Below, one piece after another: positions 39,175 to 50,883 of a stretch of DNA of 64,000 nt. This DNA comes from Octopus vulgaris (taxonomy: Eukaryota): the NCBI GenBank assembly GCA_951406725.2, contig OX597814.1, positions 74,772,001 to 74,836,000 of the forward strand, read 5' to 3'. Within the stretch, counting starts at the first letter, position 1. Each line of letters begins with the position of its first letter. The notes beneath the pieces were generated by a model, which was given only the letters and a program-made list of their open reading frames with translations, was not told where the DNA came from and made no database searches. The translations under genes and the position numbers were made by a program.

Positions 39175-41378
39175 GGTGCAGGAGTGGCTGTGTGGTAAGT
39201 AGCTCGCTTACTGCTACCAAGTTGTCGCGTTGTTTTTCGTCGCAGTGGAAGTCACGTCGTACGTGAAAAATTGAACATTTGAAGCACGACTACAGGTAAA
39301 GCATTTGTTTTGGGGGAGTTTAGTGGGGTCTGCTGTTTGTATTTAAGTATTTTTTCGAACAAGGGTCTCCACTGGGTTCCAGGCATTTGTTTGCCAGTGG
39401 TCGTATAAAAATTCTCACTTTATAATGAGAATTGTGTTTAATTTGGGAGGCGTGTCCTTCCGAAAATTTGTTGGTATTTTCGATGACTGTGTTTGTGCCC
39501 TTTCAAGTGGATTTTTACATAACGGATAGGAGTACAGCCAGAGTTGGACGGAATACTATTTGTGCTGCAAAGGACTACCAGTTTGGATTACCAGAGTAGC
39601 AGAATCGTGTTGTGTTGTGTTGCCATTTTGGACTATCTTCCTTCGCTCTTTCTTCTCCTGTCTGTCTTTCTGATCTTTTTTGGGTGTCTTTATAGACTTT
39701 CATTTGAGCATTTTGATTTTTGTTTGTAGATTTTTATTTTTGTTTTGGCTATTAACATGGCAACTGTGAAATCCGCTTTGGAGTGGCAAATTGTGACCCC
39801 CAAAGAATGGTTGAAAAATTATACAGAGAGAATGGTGGTGTTAAGAAGCTATTCCGGAGTCCTTCACACCATCAAGGTCTTCTCTCAGGAAGAAATTGAG
39901 GAGGAGTTGGCAGGCTATCTGCCAACTGTTAAGTTTATCCGCAGGGGTGCGAAGTACGCAGCTGTGTGTACTTTTTGACACCCCTGCGGAAGCTCGTGAT
40001 TTTGTGAGCATGCCTTTGGAGGGGGAAAATATTTTGTTTCTCCCTACTTATGGCGGTAGAAAGTTGACAAGAGCCTGGGTGTGTAGGCTGCCACCCGGTA
40101 TAGAGGCCGAGTGAATAGAAGACAATTTCCGTCGGGGTCTGGGTGGCGGCCAAACTCTTAAATGCAAAAATGTTGCCTGCGGTTGATTGGGTCGGGTCAA
40201 AAGCAATTTTTACCCTATGGACCCAATCAGCCGATGATCTGGTTTTACCAGATTTTTTAACAGTGGCCGGTTCCAGGTATCCGGTGATGGTTGAGGGACG
40301 TAACCCCAAGTGTCACCTGTGCCTGGAATTGGGTCATATAAAGAAAGAACTGATACCGGACCAGGCAAAGGTCCTGGAACAGTTAATTGAAAAGGTGTCC
40401 CCTACTCTCCCAGTGGAGGAAAAAGTCGAGGAGGAGGTAACCTCCTCGAAAACAAAGGGGAAGAAAAGAAAGAAGGTGGGCAACAATAGTTGCCCACCGA
40501 TAGATCTTGAGATGGCGTGGGTAGGGAAGGTCCTCCGGAGATGTCGGAGTAACTCTACCCTCCCGTCGTAAAAGGAAAAAAGGAGAGAAAGAAGAAAAAC
40601 AGGGCATTGCCGGCGACGGCATGTCCCGAAATTCCTTCGGTGGGATGTGTGTCACCGGAGGGGGAGAAGAAGATAACCTCGTCGGTGGGATGTATGCCAC
40701 CGAGCGAGGGTGTTGAGGCCCCTCTCAGTGAAAGTGGTGAAGAATATATGTTCTTCTATCTGAGGGGAGGGGCTATTAACAGTTTCGTGGAGAATGATAT
40801 GGATAGTCGGGTCCTGAGGGACCCGACTTGTATTGACAACCCAGAGTGGCCTCCGCAGGTGGCTGCTCTAGTGCTGGAAAGAAAGTACTGTGATCTTATA
40901 ATTTTGACTCGTGTAAAAACAAGAATTATAGAATTCTTTTTTGGAGCTCCGGATTGCGGTTGCAAGAATGCCTGCAAGTCGCAAGAAAATTACTCGGCGA
41001 AGGATTGTAGAGGCTTATCGCATCCAATTGTGCATAAATTGTGTTTTATATTTGTATGGACTTTTTAGTACAAATATATTGTATTTTAAATTGTAGTAAC
41101 ACCTTGGGCAAGTGTTTTCTACTATAGCCTCGGGCTGACCAAAGCATTGTGAGTGGATTTGGTAGCCGGAAACTGAAAGAAGCCTGTCGTATACATATAT
41201 ATATACTTGTGTGTCTGTGCTTGTCCCACTCCAACATCGCTTGACTACCGATACTGATGTTTACTTCCCCGTAACTGAGCGGTTCGGCAAAAGAGACATA
41301 GAATAAATACTAGGCTTACAAGTGGTGCTCCAGCATGGCTGCAGTCAAATGACTGAAACAAATAAAAGAATGAAAGAA
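39175..41378 (+). mobile_element. Family A SINE split in two (39175-39219 and 41093-41378)
   Basis: Head GCAGGAGTGGCTGTGTGGTAAGTAGC and body ACCTTGGGCAAGTG... are collinear with the copy at 31791; about 25 nt including the B box is missing. Confidence 0.8.
39220..41092 (+). mobile_element. ORF1(gag-like)-only retroelement, L1/Tx1-like, inserted in a family A SINE head
   Basis: Frameshifted ORF from ATG 39757 to about 40570 with zinc knuckle CHLCLELGHIKKE and basic KGKKRKK; no ORF2 seen; SINE halves on both sides. Confidence 0.6.
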
Positions 41379-41499
41379 TACGTCACAATCTGATGAAAAC
41401 TACAGCATGTCTTACGTGATCAGCGTAGAGTATTCACTTCGAATTTTCCAAGTTCAATGACATTGGAATTTTTACGATATTTGAATCAATATAACTGCT

Positions 41500-41770
41500 C
41501 TTCGGCCCATTTAAGAAGTTGATGATTTTATTTGCTGTAAATATAATGTAATTTTTGCGATGTGTAGTCCGGTGTTGTTTTGCAGTAAAATAGGAGTGGA
41601 TCTGTTGACTAATCTAGGCTGGGTTTTTTTTGTAAGTTTCTGCATCATCTGGTCCAGTTGGCTGCAATATACTTCGGCCGTGATTGATGAGCCAGGTTTA
41701 ATGAAATCATAATGGATCACGCCTGCGCCAGACTACCAAACACAGATCATCAGCCTCTTTTGATAACTGT
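41500..41770 (-). mobile_element. Mariner transposase fragment
   Basis: IHYDFIKPGSSITAEVYCSQLDQM...PILLQNNT; nearly identical to 47790-47950. Confidence 0.8.
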
Positions 41771-41924
41771 TGCATTCCAGCAGAGCCCATTTTACCTGCT
41801 TCTGCCCGGTCTCCACGGAAACCTACATGCAAAGAGAAATATATTGAACAACATATTCATTGCTGCACAAGCCACATACTCAGACTGCTGCACAACACCA
41901 TATGCAATATCTTACTTTATATGT

Positions 41925-42150
41925 TGGTGTATGGCTTAGTGGTTAGGATATTCGGCTCACGATCATACGGTCGTGAGTTCAATTCCCGGCGATACGTTGT
42001 ATCCTTGAGCAAGGCACTTTATTTCTCGTTGCTCCAGTCCACTCAGCGGGCAAAAATGAGTGTGACCAGCCTTGTCACACTCTGTGTCACGCTGAATCTC
42101 CCTGAGAACTACGTTAAAGGTATACGTGTCTGTGGAGTGCTCAGCCACTT
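41925..42150 (+). mobile_element. tRNA-derived SINE, family B
   Basis: TGGCTTAGTGGTTAG...GAGTTCAATTCC and the same body as 22870. Confidence 0.75.
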
Positions 42151-42911
42151 ACACGTCTCAAGGAATGTACACACAACCATGTATCCTTCTCCGTGTTCAC
42201 TTTGAATTTAACATGTCATTATACTATAATGAGTTGATTATAACCTAGATAACTTTTCTTATAACCTAGATTGTTGAAAACTTTAAAACTTTAGAGAATT
42301 TTAATTTCTCTCCTCTCTGACGCCTTCTATTTACAAAAGAAACCTGTTATTGAGTTTTTATTTAGCTTAATTATACTGTGACTAATTATTTAATAATTAT
42401 AGATAAAACACTCATTAGCTTGTCTCAACTGGTAAATATTTTCTCTATTAATATGTCACGGTATAATTAAGCCAAATAAAATTAATTAAACTTGCTATAC
42501 TAGAAGAATATTGTTGCTAAATGGAAAGTTTGCATTATGCTTTGCTATCATAGCAGTAGTAAGTGAAAACTCGCTGCAAGACCAGCTGATAACAGCAGAA
42601 ATCTTCAAAGGAAGAACTCCCATCAAGCAAGTGTTTCAATCTGTTATTTCCTGGCATTGTAAAGGTGCTGAATCTACTAAGGTCATGATTTCTAGGTGTT
42701 CTGCTGTTTTTGAAATACTACCATTAGTGAGTATTGAACCTGGAACCTTCAGATGATCTTATTCCCCTGATCTGGATGTATATCCCTCGGTCACGAAGAC
42801 CACCGAATACACTTGCACAATAGATCTATTTCAATTTCGCCTTTTATCCTACGATTGTCTGTTAAACGGCTGGTAATATTCTTTTTCAGCTCCATGTTTT
42901 AGTTAGTCGTT

Positions 42912-43422
42912 TATCTTTTATCTTCTATCTTCTATTCGTTTCAGTCATTAAACTGTGGCTATGCATGGCATCACCTTGAAGGATTTCAGTCGAACAAATC
43001 GATCCCAGGACTTAGTTTTTAAGCCTAGTACTTATCCTATCGGTTTCTTTTTGCCGAACCGCTAAGTTAAGGAGACATAAACATACCAGCACCGGTTGTC
43101 AGGCGGTGATGGGGGAAAACACACACAGACATATATTAACTACTAGCATCTTTCAGTTTCTGTCTACCAAATCTATTCACAAGGCTTTGGTCGGCCAGAA
43201 GCTATAGTAGAAGACACTTGCGCAAGGTGCCACGCAGTGAAACTGAACCCGGAACTATGTAGTTGAGAAGCAAGCCAAGTGTTTGAGAAGCAAGCCAAGT
43301 GTTTGAGAAGCAAGCCAAGTGTTTGAGAAGCAAGCCAAGTGTTTGAGAAGCAAGCCAAGTGTTTGAGAAGCAAGCCAAGTGGTTGGGAAGTAAGCTTCTT
43401 ACCAAAGAGTCACTCTTGCGCC
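42912..43422 (-). mobile_element. Family A-related SINE with a 20-bp tandem expansion (6 units, 43261-43380) in its head
   Basis: SINE body similarity; (GTTTGAGAAGCAAGCCAAGT)x6. Confidence 0.8.
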
Positions 43423-44649
43423 TAAGTTAATCAAAATTAAAATGCTACTTTGTGAATGTTTTAGCTCTCTGTTCTTTGTAAATGAAATTATTAACAGAAT
43501 TATATTGATGCATTGAATTACGATAGGAAATTTAATTAAATGTCTCTCACAAGCGCCATAAACATTAAAACCCCCATTTTATCATTTTGCATGCATTACA
43601 CACATAGTTGAAATAATACAGGATGAGTAAATATACAATGATCTGATGCTAAACAATATCTTGCCCAAATTTTCCTGGGTCGACTTCGGAAAAGTAAATT
43701 ATACACTCTGGAGAAATTATTAAGGAAATATAATCCATAATTCTGAAGAAGCAGATTTTACTATGCATATCTATTTCAAGTATCACAAATAAATTTTCTC
43801 TATTATTTTTTTAACGTTATCTCAGTTTCAAAGTTCAAAATTTGGTGCATATGGAGAGCATTATAAGACAAGCTGTAAACATATTTTTAATCTTTGGTTC
43901 AGGCTATTTTCTTTCTCTTACTTCATTATCATTGGGGAGGGCATAAACATTTCAGTATTCTATTTATGTCTCTTAAATACAGAACTGCATATTCGGTACA
44001 TGCGATCCAAGTATCGTAGATGGTTATGGCAGTTTTATGCCACTTAAGTCGCTACTACTGTTATGAAAATCATGAATTAATTTTGTTTTTGCTATAAATC
44101 TGACACTCTTCGGTATATGTAGAAAGTCAAATGTGTTGCTTTTCTTAATTTTTGTTTCATAAATCCCTCAATAATATAGCGTTGTTTTAATCATCTTTAC
44201 ATCAAACTTTTTAAGACATTCTACTCGACAGTAGCCAGTATTGATCATAGGTGATCAGGGAGAAATAAAAACAAGAATGAATTATTTGTTAGTTTACCTT
44301 TCATTTCCTAATGTAATAATAATATAGTAAGGGATAATTAGGGTGGCCTTAGCTAATATTAGGGGGATCTTTCTGAATATGAAGTCGGTTTTGCTCCATT
44401 ACATCTAAACTTTGACAGAAAAGATACCCTCTATATACCAAAATTATAGAAATGTAGCATGCAGTACGCCAAGCGTTCTTATTTGTCTTTTAAGAATGCC
44501 TTTGATCGTCTTTTTTAGGGTGGGATGTCTAATGTTGAGGGGTTTAATAAGAAAACTGATGAGTATATAAAGTATTCTAATTTTTCATCTGCCATAAGAT
44601 GTATGAAGATGAAATTCCTCCTGTGACAAGCAATAAGCCATTAGTAAGT

Positions 44650-45050
44650 CAAATGATGACCCCGATGACGAAACGGAATATGAGGACCAAATGGATGACA
44701 AGGATTTTGAAATTTCTCATTCATGCCCTAAAATAGGTCAAGAACAATTGGATCGTTTTGTTAAAAAGTTGTGACTTACCAAGAATCATGCTTACCTGGC
44801 TGGAACAATGCTCAGAGACTTTGGAGTCATAGCCCAAGGAAACAAAACAACAGCGTGCAGGCACCGAGAGAAGAAATTTGTTGAATCTTTCGACACACAT
44901 GATGAAGTGGGTTTAGTTTATTGAATGGGCATTACTGGTTTGATGGTAGCACAGGGAATTTCCTCTCATGTCAAGATAGATTAGAGATTATTCCGTGATG
45001 ACAGTTTTTCCAGCTGAAAGGCAGTCCTTTTGCATGTTGTGAATCACCAT
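44650..45050 (+). mobile_element. Fossil DNA-transposase fragment, Chapaev3/CMC-like
   Basis: Translation QEQLDRFVKKL*LTKNHAYLAGTMLRDF...LVY*MGITGL...D*RLFRDDSFSS*KAVLLH resembles the WRLFIDSS..SLKAVLLH block; family assignment is from memory. Confidence 0.5.
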
Positions 45051-45059
45051 CACCCACCA

Positions 45060-46900
45060 CATTGGCAAGAAACTCACAAACACAATAAGAACTGCTTACG
45101 ACTGGAAATTTCCTGGTATTGACAAGGTGTCTAATTTCTTTGAGCGGTCGGTATTAAGAGTGTCGGGTATCGATTATGGAAATGTATAATTTGTATTGTA
45201 TTAGCTGTTGATAGTGTAGTGTATGTGTTGTGCTATATTGTTTAGTGTGTAGTTTGTCATTTTATTCATATTTTATTTACTTCCTTCTCCATATTTTACT
45301 TCAATTTCAAAATCGTTCGGCAGTTCTTCCGTCTCTTTTCGGGGAATATTTTGATCAGAAACGATCGTGTCTCCTAAAATACAGACATTTTCCTTTCAGT
45401 TTATTATTATATCTAGACAAGTTGCTTTCATCTCCATGTCAGCTTGAACAGGCATCACCCAGATGAGTGTGACCAAATCTTTGTCAGGTAGCGTGTTTGT
45501 TATATGTTTACACCACTTCATTTACACATCGTCGAAGTGTCAGTATATTGACCAGTAGACATAACTGCCAACTCGAGCTTGTCTGTTCTTGACTAGCAGT
45601 CGCGAATGATATAGTCAACAGTTACACTGTATCGGTTACATAGCCTGTAGTTGTTAGTATCTTTTGTATCCATTCGTGCAATTGTTTGTGGCTTGACATC
45701 AGTCTTGTGCAACTAAAATCAGATCTGTTTCAACTTTAACGCCATAGTTTTTGAGCTGCTGTTGACGTTCACTTCCTCTCAACTGAGTCTTGTAGAGTAT
45801 TGAAAATGACATAGTTTCTCTCTCCGTTTGTTTTCCTCCGGCATTTTAGAATTCTGTCATATTTGTTTCAACATCAGGATTGCTGGCGCTGCTGGGCATT
45901 TACCATGTCGTACCTTTGCACAGATCTGAGATATCATTTGGTTTGGCTCGTGCTTCTATTTGCTTTGCTTTCACAGTGGTTTCTTCTCTCTCATCTAATT
46001 GCGCCTCAGTATCGGTGATCTTTAATTCTTTCACATATTTCTATGCTTCTTCTGATACTGAATTTAGTTTCTTGGTATTTTCAAGCAATTTCAAGCATCC
46101 AATTATAAGTATTCTTTAGATAGGCATATAATGCTATGGTTGGTGTGTTTAGAGATAGTTGTAGCTGCATCAGTGCACGTCTCACATCCTTTTGTGAAAT
46201 GTATAGTCTGTCTACAATCGTCTTTAGGAGATGCATGCAGTGCATTGTGAAAAACGCGTATTTTTGTGATACTAAAGCTGCATATCACAACAAGATAACC
46301 ATGGCATTATTGGTATTAACCCTATTTCTCGCATTCATTTCGCTTTTCAAGATATCTCTAACTCTACAACAACATTCTTTCTATATTTTCTCGCGCATTT
46401 GTGTGTACTGAAATCCATCTCCTTCATACACACCAAAATATTTATAGGTATTTTTTTTTCAAGATCTAATTTCTTGATTAAGGTAAATTTGTTTAGCTGT
46501 GTGTTGTACGTTACCCAGGGCAGTCTCGTTTTTAATACCGTCACTTAACTGTTTTACTCTAGTTAAAAAAGTTCTAACTACTGATCATCTTTTGCGAAAG
46601 GCTTTTGATCATCTACGTAAAGGATGTGATTAGTTGGTCTGTCGTATATTCTGTACCCATGTTTTGAGTCATTCAACAGCTTACTTAAGGGAATGAGGAC
46701 CATGCAAAGAGAAATGGTGGTAGAGAATCGCCTTGAAAAGTGGCGTAGTATGACAATGTCACCAGTGTTCACAATACCTGCGTCTAAATTCAATAAAAGA
46801 ATTTTTTTCACTTCTTTTCTTTTTTATCCTTTACTTCATTCAGTCATGAAATTGCTGCTAAGATGGAGCGCCAACTTGAAAAGTTTTAGTCGAATGAGTC
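45060..46900 (-). mobile_element. Highly decayed R4/Dong-clade non-LTR element
   Basis: LIPLSKLLN..KHGY...HILYVDDQKPFAK (RT domain 5) at 46578-46700; remnants of zinc finger/RLE region at about 45330-45700. Confidence 0.55.
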
Positions 46901-47295
46901 AATCCTAGTACTTTTTCTATCGATCACTTTTTACCGGACCGCTATGTTACGAGGACGTAAACACAGCAACATCGATTGTCAACCAGTCATGGGAGACAAT
47001 CACGAATACACACACACGCACATGCACACACACTCACACACACACACACTCACTCACACACACATGTATATAGTTGGTATCCTCGAAAAGACCAGTCAAG
47101 TAAGCCTTGCTGGCCTCCTGTAAAGATATTACGGCAGAGCTCTGGAAACGAGGCTGTGGTAAGAAGCTTCCTTCCCAACCACATGGCTCCGAGTTCAGTC
47201 CCACTGCATAGCACCACAGGCGAGTGTCTTCTGCTATAGCCTTGTGTCGACCAAAGACTTGTGAGTGGATCGGAAACTGGAAGGAGGCCGTCGCA
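46885..47295. mobile_element. Family A SINE pieces: 3' half on minus (46885-47010), 5' half on plus (47145-47295)
   Basis: Similarity to the other family A copies. Confidence 0.65.
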
Positions 47296-47319
47296 TATAT
47301 ATATATATATATGTGTGTT

Positions 47320-47387
<68 letters not shown>

Positions 47388-47429
47388 TGTATGTATGTAT
47401 GTATGTATGTATGTATGTATGTATGTACA

Positions 47430-48270
47430 TTAGGTCATCAAGTATGAAATTTGTAGAAAAGAAAAACATTTTGCCAATGTTTTATAAATACAAGGAATAG
47501 TTTTATTCATCAAAGTATGCACCCTTATTGTCAATACACTTTTGCCATTTCAGCGGTAGCTTGTCCAGCCCGAAACTGCAAAAAGCCTGCCAATCTAGAG
47601 TCAATAAAATCTTGGAAGGCCTGTTTTACAGCTTCGTCGGAATTGAATTTTTTCCTATCAAAAAGTTATCCAAATTCTGGAAGAAGTGGTAGTCAGTGGG
47701 GGCATGATCAGGTGAGTTTGGTGGATGATGGAGAACTTCCAACTCCAGCTCCTGTAGTCTGTGGTCCGGTGTTGTCTTGCAATAAAATATGAATGAATCT
47801 GATGACTAATCTAGGCTTTTTTTGTAAGTTTCTGCATCATCTGGTCCAGTTAGCTGCAGTATACTTCGGCCGTGATTGATGAGCCAGGTTTAATGAAATC
47901 ATAATGGATCACGCCTGCGCCAGGCCACCAAACACACACCATCAGCGTCTTTTGATGAATTTTGCTTTCTGGGCTGTGTTTTGGTGGCTGAACGTTTACG
48001 GTTGTTGTAGTGGATCCATTTCTCATCACATGTTACAATTCGATTCAAAAATGATTCATTTTTGTGACGAGAAAGTAGCATAATGCAAGCTTCCAAACGA
48101 TGCTGTTTCTGATTTTCATTGAGTTCATGTGGTACCCACTTATCCAACTTTTTCAATTTCTAACATCAAACAACAACGATAATTCACGGGCACTTTGAGA
48201 GAAGGATCTGACTCGACGGTGGCTAACAGTTCGCCATTATCCACCTTTGTTTCTGGTAGACCGCCAAAAT
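47430..48270 (-). mobile_element. Degenerate mariner transposon
   Basis: KKLDKWVPHEL, RIVTCDEKWIHYNN motifs. Confidence 0.88.
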
Positions 48271-48299
48271 TATTTCTTCTAAACTAAATCAGTGCGTAA

Positions 48300-48670
48300 C
48301 TGGTACTTATTTCCTCGACTCCGAAAGGATGAAGGGCAATGTTGACCTCGGCGAAATTTGAACTGAGAACGTAGCGACGTGCGAAATGCCGCTAAGCATT
48401 TCGTCCAGCGTGCTAACAACTCTGTCAGCTTGCCGCCTTAATAACAATAATAATAATGGGTTCAAATTTTGGCACAAGGGCAACAGGTTTGGGGGAAGGG
48501 ATAAATCGATTTCATTGACTCCAGTGCTCAACTAATATTATTTTATCGACACCGAAACGATAAAAGGCAAAGTCGACCTTGGCAGAATTTGAATTCCGAA
48601 CGTGAAGACATGAAATACCGCTAAACATTTCACCTGCTGTGCTAAAGGTTCTTCCAGATCGCTGCCTTGG
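48300..48670 (-). mobile_element. Two short tRNA-derived SINE copies, family C
   Basis: Minus strand AAGGCGGCAAGCTGACAGA...GTTCAAATT..GCCGAGGTCAAC...TTCATCCTTTCGG..GATAAAATAA; related copy at about 32850-32995. Confidence 0.65.
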
Positions 48671-48741
<71 letters not shown>

Positions 48742-49568
48742 GCAAAGATGGTAAGATACAACCAAAGAATGAAGGGTTCCCACCAGAATAGGTTATTCAG
48801 AGGAGATCAGAAGAGATTCTATAAAGAAAGAAATGGAGAGTGTACAGATGAAAAGTTGATACCAGATAACATTGAAAGTCAAAGGTTTGGAGTGACAACT
48901 GGATCAAAGACAAGGAGTACAAGAAGGATGCTGAATGGTTGCCAGAACTGAAGCAAATAGGAGTCTGTCCAAAACAGGCAAAACTAGTCATTTCAGTTAG
49001 GGAAGTGAAGGAAATCCGCAAACAAATGAGCAACTGGAAGGCTTCGGGACCAGATGGAGTTCAAGGCTACTGGATCAATAGATTTGATGAATTCCATGCA
49101 CGAACAGCTGTGCAAATCAACACCTTGTTAAATGCCGACCAAGTAACACCAGAGTGGTTGACATTGGGTAGGACAGTGATGTGCCTGAAAAACATCGAAA
49201 AAGACAACACAGTAGACAATTACAGGACGATATCCTGTTTGCCACTTATGTAGAAGATATTGACTGGAATATTCGCAGAGTCAATGTACGAACATCTGGG
49301 AAAAAATGATGTTCTGCTACATGAGCAGAAGGGTTCCAAGCGTAAGTGCAGAGGTACCAAGGCTCAACTCCTGATAGACAAAACTGTACTTAGAGACTGC
49401 AAGAGGAGAAAAAGTAACTTAGTCATGTCATGGATCGACTATCGTAAGGTGTACGATATGATCCCACATTCTTGGATTATGGAGTGTATGAAACTATTTG
49501 GCATTGCATCGAATGTTGAGCGATTGCTTGGAAATAGTATGGCGAAATGGATGACGGACCTGACAGCA
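48742..49568 (+). mobile_element. R4/Dong-clade LINE, RT N-terminal fragment adjoining (TAA)n
   Basis: [64 protein letters not shown]. Confidence 0.88.
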
Positions 49569-50085
49569 TGTCATCTGTTGGTATTGATACATCGTTTAGA
49601 AAGTATTTTTTCATGATCTCTGACAACTATATCTGGCCTATTGGTCTTAATTTCTCTATTTGTATGCATTGGCATATCCCATAGTATTGTTGCTTTCTCA
49701 TTTTCTGTGATCTTTGCTGGCATGTGCCTATACCATCTTTTTTCTGTTGTTATTCCATAGTGTTGGCGTAGCTTTCAGTGTATGTAGGTCCAAACTCTGT
49801 CGTGAAAATATTCCTTCTTAGCCAGGACTGGGCAGCCAGAGACAATATGATTTATTGTTTCTTGTCAATCTCCACATTTTCTGCAGTTACACTTGTTATG
49901 TTTCTTTTCATTGTATGTTTTTGGTAATTTCTGGTGGGGAGGCTTTGGTATTGTGCTGCAATTAAAAATCCTTCAGTCTCTGCTTTGAGTCCTTTGCTTT
50001 TCAGCCATTGTTGGGATTTTGCTTTGTCTATTTCTTTTGCGTTTAGTTTAACCCAGTAATTCCATTAAGGAGCTTTTCTTGCCTA
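49569..50085 (-). mobile_element. R4/Dong-clade LINE, C-terminal fragment (CCHC finger plus start of restriction-like endonuclease)
   Basis: Minus strand LKAETEGFLIAAQ, CRKCG...ETINHIVSGC, ILWDMP, NRPDIVV. Confidence 0.85.
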
Positions 50086-50114
50086 TAATAATAATAATAT
50101 TAATAATAATAATA

Positions 50115-50179
<65 letters not shown>

Positions 50180-50229
50180 CATTATTATTATCATTATCAT
50201 TATTATTATTATTATTGTTGTTGTTGTTG

Positions 50230-50788
50230 TGTGAGAGAGAACAGCTCATGCCATCAAAGTGACACTGGGGTACAAATATACGAAACCCAAAATGCTCATC
50301 TGATAAGGATACACCAGACATATGCATCACAACCATATGTGCATAATATAGTGATCTCATATCAAAATAAACAACGTATGACCTCGCAGATGGTGCCCAG
50401 TTAAAATTTTCTTTAGATCAAGTAGCCCATCCCGCTCAAAAATTCTTCGAATAAGATTTGTTGAGATGATGAACAAAGCACCAATGTTTCCAGGGGTGAA
50501 TTATTCAAGCCCCAAAGAATTCCTTTCAACACATGGCTATGACGCTTCTCCACTACTTCTGCTCGTGATCAGAGATGCACATATCGTCAGCCACTAAGCG
50601 ACATGCTCAACTGGTTAAGGTGAAGCAACTGACAATCAAATCTGTGGTATTGAGCAGAATATTTGCTGTTGCCCGTCTTTTATACGAAGACAAAACATGT
50701 ACATGATAGCACTTCCAATCAGTTAAGATCGAAAGCCATGAGAGCCACTGCCTAATGCTGCATCAGAGCATTGGTACTGCATCAGGGT

Positions 50789-50790
<2 letters not shown>
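50230..50790 (-). mobile_element. Non-coding interspersed repeat embedded in (TAA)n/(CAT)n tracts
   Basis: 50530-50670 recurs at about 26610-26750; flanked on both sides by trinucleotide microsatellites; orientation inferred. Confidence 0.55.
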
Positions 50791-50823
<33 letters not shown>

Positions 50824-50824
50824 T

Positions 50825-50883
<59 letters not shown>

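Noticed and set aside
43261-43380. CRISPR-like repeats
   Set aside because: No spacers; eukaryotic context; simple tandem inside a SINE.
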